Below, in pieces: positions 60,704 to 64,000 of a stretch of DNA of 64,000 bases. The position numbers and the translations under genes were made by a program. The stretch covers positions 28,256 to 92,255 of the IMG/VR virus record IMGVR_UViG_3300027644_000004; one strand, given 5' to 3'. The notes beneath the pieces are model-generated. The model did no database searches and was not told where the DNA came from. It saw only the letters and a program-made list of their open reading frames with translations. Within the stretch, counting starts at the first letter, position 1. The number at the start of each line of letters is the position of its first letter. This DNA comes from a virus.

Positions 60704-61651
60704 ATGGCATCAAACATTAACCCAAACAACATTGACGGCACATACCCGGTGGCTGGGCAGGACAATAATTCGCAAGGTTTTCGTGACAACTTCACCAACA
60801 CCAAAACCAATTTTCAATACGCAGCCACGGAAATCAGTGACCTGCAGAGTAAAGCAGTGTTGAAAGCGGCACTCACAGGATCTGTTCTCAACAACGACAT
60901 GAACGGATCTCTACTGAGTAATGCTCAGATACAAGACTTTTCTGCTACACGATTTGCACTGGGCACATTGAGCGGATTAGTTGGCATCAACTATGCTCTT
61001 GGACAATATCAAACAGTGACCACTGGCGGTAGCATCAGTCTTGGATTTAGTAATTTTTCCCCTGCTGGCACCCAGAGTTGGATCATAGTACGAGTAACAG
61101 TGGCTAACACTGCACATACACTGACATTGCCATCAGCAGTGGGCTTGGGTGCTGCCACTGCCAGTGTTACCGGCATTGAAGGTTTTGCAACTAACATTAT
61201 TACCTTTGCTGAAACTGGCACCTATGAATTCCAGTTCCACACCGATGATGGCGGTGCCACAGTGTATCTAAGTGAGTTGACTCGTCCACGAAACTATTTC
61301 ACTAATAGAATTACAGTAGCCGGCGGCATTACTGTGAGCACCGGCACAGTTATTGTTGCTGGATCTGAAGATTTGGCAGCGTCAGCAGCCGCTAGCTTGA
61401 CTGTACCAACCAGTTACTTCAGTACTGCTGCCGCCGAAACAGCAACACTGGCAGCTGGAACAAATGGGCAAATCAAAACTTTTGCCATGGTAGCCACCGG
61501 TGGCAACATGGTAATCACTGTGACCAACGCTGGATGGAAAGCATCCGGAACCGGAACTGTTACATTCAGTGCTGTAGGCCAGGCCTGCACACTACAATAC
61601 ATCAACTCAAAATGGTTCTGTACAGGCAACAACGGCACAGTGTTTGCTTGA
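60704..61651 (+). CDS. virion structural protein
   Basis: S.I...NID..YPVAGQDN.SQGFRDNF...K.N...A..EI.DLQ; TAAATA at 60675. Confidence 0.75.
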   Translation: MASNINPNNIDGTYPVAGQDNNSQGFRDNFTNTKTNFQYAATEISDLQSKAVLKAALTGSVLNNDMNGSLLSNAQIQDFSATRFALGTLSGLVGINYALGQYQTVTTGGSISLGFSNFSPAGTQSWIIVRVTVANTAHTLTLPSAVGLGAATASVTGIEGFATNIITFAETGTYEFQFHTDDGGATVYLSELTRPRNYFTNRITVAGGITVSTGTVIVAGSEDLAASAAASLTVPTSYFSTAAAETATLAAGTNGQIKTFAMVATGGNMVITVTNAGWKASGTGTVTFSAVGQACTLQYINSKWFCTGNNGTVFA

Positions 61652-61656
61652 CCAAA

Positions 61657-61689
61657 CAGGTTGACCTTCCAGTCAACCTGCTGTACAAT
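61657..61689 (+). promoter_or_regulatory. sigma70 promoter whose -35 lies in a perfect 9-bp inverted repeat; leaderless transcript
   Basis: CAGGTTGAC-CTTCCA-GTCAACCTG; TTGACC-N17-TACAAT; ATG 6 nt downstream. Confidence 0.7.
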
Positions 61690-61695
61690 TAACGC

Positions 61696-61944
61696 ATGGA
61701 ACATCCGTTAATAGCCAGTGTAGATTCGTTGACCATAGACGAACTAGGCTCTAAAATATCAGAACTCAACAAAAAGTTGGCCATTGCAACACGCATGAGC
61801 AACGGCCAATTGGCTCGCCAGATTCAGATGGCCTTGGAAACATACCAAAACAAGTACAAAGAAAAGTCTGCGGCGCTGTTTGACAAACACAGCGGCAAAG
61901 ACAACAACGGTCCCAACTTTGACCAAATTATTGATATATCATGA
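61696..61944 (+). CDS. hypothetical coiled-coil protein
   Basis: HPL....L...EL..KI.EL.KK..IA.R......QI...LE.Y. Confidence 0.7.
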   Translation: MEHPLIASVDSLTIDELGSKISELNKKLAIATRMSNGQLARQIQMALETYQNKYKEKSAALFDKHSGKDNNGPNFDQIIDIS

Positions 61945-62558
61945 ACGTACGACTACACCACTCAATTGAATTTACTGCTGGCATTTATTTTGACGGCATG
62001 CTGAGAATGAACAACTATCAAGTTGGCTTATGGATGATGACCTCCACCACCGACGGTGAAAGTCATAATGTTGCATTTGACCGACTTAAATTTTTCATCA
62101 GTGAATCCCTAAACTCCGGTGTGTTTATCAACGGCAACAACGAAGAACAGTGCAATTTATTGAGTGCTGCCGGCGTCAAACTGATACAATTGCCAGACGA
62201 ACCGGTTGATCAGTTGATTGGAATTATGCTATACTGCAAGCTCAATGCCATCTGCGAAGATCGAATGATAATTGGCGAAGTCGAACTCAGTAGTGACCTA
62301 GGTGGCAGTGTGACCTATCTGCACGGTGAAGAAGAACCAATTGGACCCTACGACCAACCCGGTTGGTGGCACGATTCCAATCTTGTTCATTACAATACCG
62401 CAGTGCAGGAATCCGAAAACATAATGAGCCTAGGATCTATTTCTTCCTGGAGAGAGTTGGATTTGCAGTGGCCCGAGGATCACGACAGCAGTGTAGAAGA
62501 TACCGGCAATACCATTGTGTTTGTTAATTTTGGCAAAGATGATACGCAACCAGTTTGA
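61941..62558 (+). CDS. conserved hypothetical protein upstream of DnaE fragment
   Basis: N.AF.R.K.F...LP.EP.DQ.I..ML..KLNAI.E. Confidence 0.7.
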   Translation: MNVRLHHSIEFTAGIYFDGMLRMNNYQVGLWMMTSTTDGESHNVAFDRLKFFISESLNSGVFINGNNEEQCNLLSAAGVKLIQLPDEPVDQLIGIMLYCKLNAICEDRMIIGEVELSSDLGGSVTYLHGEEEPIGPYDQPGWWHDSNLVHYNTAVQESENIMSLGSISSWRELDLQWPEDHDSSVEDTGNTIVFVNFGKDDTQPV

Positions 62559-63051
62559 TGAATTGATCTTTTCGCAGGATGATGTGTGTGACCTTGTAAT
62601 GAAAGGTCACACACCGGGCGACCTAGCAGGCATGATTGTGGATGACTCTGTTGAATTGAGTCATCTGTTTACTGTGTTGGATCCAGCACCCGATTGGCGC
62701 AGCAATCAAGTGAGAGAAATCACACCGGACCAGTTTCACGCACAAAATCAAGCCCAATGGCACATGCCAGAGCAGTATCTAACCATGGACATTGCAGCAC
62801 ACGTATTGGGACTATGCGCTACGGAACAGGAATTACAGAGATGCGGTAAAGAATTGTTGTTGTATCAAGAGCGCGGATTGTTTGATCTATTGCGTTTTAT
62901 GGTTTATTTGGTAGATGTCATGACAGAGAATAAAATAATTTGGGGAGTTGGGCGAGGATCAAGTGTGGCCAGCTATGTGCTCTTTAAACTAAAAGTTCAC
63001 CAAATTGACAGCCTGTACTATAATTTAGACGTAGAAGAATTTTTACGTTAA
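62539..63051 (+). CDS. DNA polymerase III alpha (DnaE) fragment, part of palm domain
   Basis: R...EL........L....YLVD......I.WGVGRGSSVASYVL....VH.ID...Y.L...EFLR, then stop. Confidence 0.85.
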   Translation: MIRNQFDELIFSQDDVCDLVMKGHTPGDLAGMIVDDSVELSHLFTVLDPAPDWRSNQVREITPDQFHAQNQAQWHMPEQYLTMDIAAHVLGLCATEQELQRCGKELLLYQERGLFDLLRFMVYLVDVMTENKIIWGVGRGSSVASYVLFKLKVHQIDSLYYNLDVEEFLR

Positions 63052-63078
63052 ATATATGCATATTTCAAAGGAATAACT

Positions 63079-63723
63079 ATGTCAGTTAAAATATACAAAT
63101 CGGCCATGGGCCGTGTGGTAGATCTTGGTGCGTTGATGTTGGAAAACGAAAATACTCGAGCAGTCGGGAATATGGGTGTGAATGCTCGCGGCGACATACT
63201 TGACAGTACCAATCGAGTAGTCGAAACACGCAACAAACAAGTGCAAAAACACTATCGGCAACAGGTGTCCACAAACACTGCTGTTGTTATGCCCACTGTC
63301 AGCACACGAGCTGCTAAAAAACAACAGGCACAACAAAAAATATCCAAAGCCAAAGTTGCCAAGGCCACAGTACCTACTGTAGCCAAAGAAAAAAATGTAA
63401 ATGATTCTGTGCTGGAAGCCTACAATAATGATGAAAGGCTTGTTTCAAACTTTGACAAGATACCGGACACTGCGCCAGTGGAACCGACAGTTACGGAAAT
63501 TGAGTCCGCAGACGCAGTCAATACAGATGTTCCAGAAATTGAGTCCTTGGAGGAACTGACAGAACTAGAAGCAGCTATCCCAGAACTGCCACAAGACACA
63601 ATAAAATCTATACCACGCGGTGGCCTGGCAGCGGCCATTGCCAAAGCACAGACAGTCAAACAAGAACTACTTAAAACACCACGTCAGCTGGCGCAAAACA
63701 AGCCTGGCGTCAACAAAATCTAA
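63079..63723 (+). CDS. hypothetical late protein
   Basis: YKSA.G..VD.GAL.L.NE..RAVGNM.VNARGD; TAAATA at 63049. Confidence 0.75.
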   Translation: MSVKIYKSAMGRVVDLGALMLENENTRAVGNMGVNARGDILDSTNRVVETRNKQVQKHYRQQVSTNTAVVMPTVSTRAAKKQQAQQKISKAKVAKATVPTVAKEKNVNDSVLEAYNNDERLVSNFDKIPDTAPVEPTVTEIESADAVNTDVPEIESLEELTELEAAIPELPQDTIKSIPRGGLAAAIAKAQTVKQELLKTPRQLAQNKPGVNKI

Positions 63724-63732
63724 GAGGAATCA

Positions 63733-64000
63733 ATGAACAAAGCAGCATTTGCACCCTACGAACTGTCAGCCGACAGTCTCCAACCGTTACGTAATTCTGT
63801 AATTGTTGCTAACATGTCGTTTGACATGCGCACAACAACCACTGGCATTGTGCTGTTGAATGACAACGGTACCAGCGCAGGCATACGTCCACGTTGGGCA
63901 CAGGTATATGCAGTGGGGCCAGATCAAACTGATGTTGTACCTGGCGATTGGATCTGTGTGGCGCACGGTCGCTGGACTCGCGGAATTGAAATTGACGATC
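63733..64000 (+). CDS. second, divergent GroES-like co-chaperonin (gp31-like), 3'-truncated; not in ORF track
   Basis: MNKAAFAPY...LQPLRNSVIV...TTTTGIVLLNDNG...IRPRWAQVYAVGPDQTDVVPGDWICVAHGRWTRG; GAGG SD. Confidence 0.8.
   Translation, partial: MNKAAFAPYELSADSLQPLRNSVIVANMSFDMRTTTTGIVLLNDNGTSAGIRPRWAQVYAVGPDQTDVVPGDWICVAHGRWTRGIEIDD

Noticed and set aside
63052-63723. Group I intron or intein splitting dnaE
   Set aside because: There is no intein N-terminal Cys/Ser block, no intron-like intergenic space, and no downstream dnaE exon within the window.

Overview
This is 64 kb of a large (jumbo-type) tailed dsDNA phage genome, not a cellular chromosome. It is densely coded in standard code 11. 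It uses two promoter classes: about 20 host sigma70-type promoters (TTGAC/TTGCA-N17-TA(T/C)AAT) and T4-like late promoters (TAAATA/TAAGTA/TAATTA). Contents from left to right: a proteostasis block (clpX, groES, hsp20, clpS); a sugar/modification block (GT-like protein, UDP-sugar dehydrogenase, 2OG-type oxygenase, amidinotransferase); uvsE; a phasin-like gene; two ClpP paralogs; a radical SAM enzyme; arrays of small early genes; a fibre plus subtilase pair; tRNA-Ile2(CAT); a ParB-like/HNH/HNH-like operon; SleB; FkbM; an infA-SOD-erpA-heme oxygenase run; a structural block with collagen-like (Gly-Ala-Thr) fibres and a second subtilase; a DnaE fragment; and a second GroES. The GroES and ErpA sequences and the phasin-like gene suggest a betaproteobacterial host (inference). 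The strongest candidates for novel biology are: (1) a covarying two-hairpin, ROSE-like 5' UTR shared by hsp20 and the phasin-like gene; (2) an amidinotransferase-containing nucleotide-sugar pathway that may decorate collagen-like fibres; (3) a ParB/DGQHR-like + HNH + EHxxP nuclease operon; (4) capsid-targeting-like leaders on SOD and other late proteins; (5) pervasive leaderless transcripts alongside a phage IF-1; (6) a promoter-to-terminator unit of about 70 nt made of palindromic repeats. All protein calls come from motif recognition by eye; no database searches were run.
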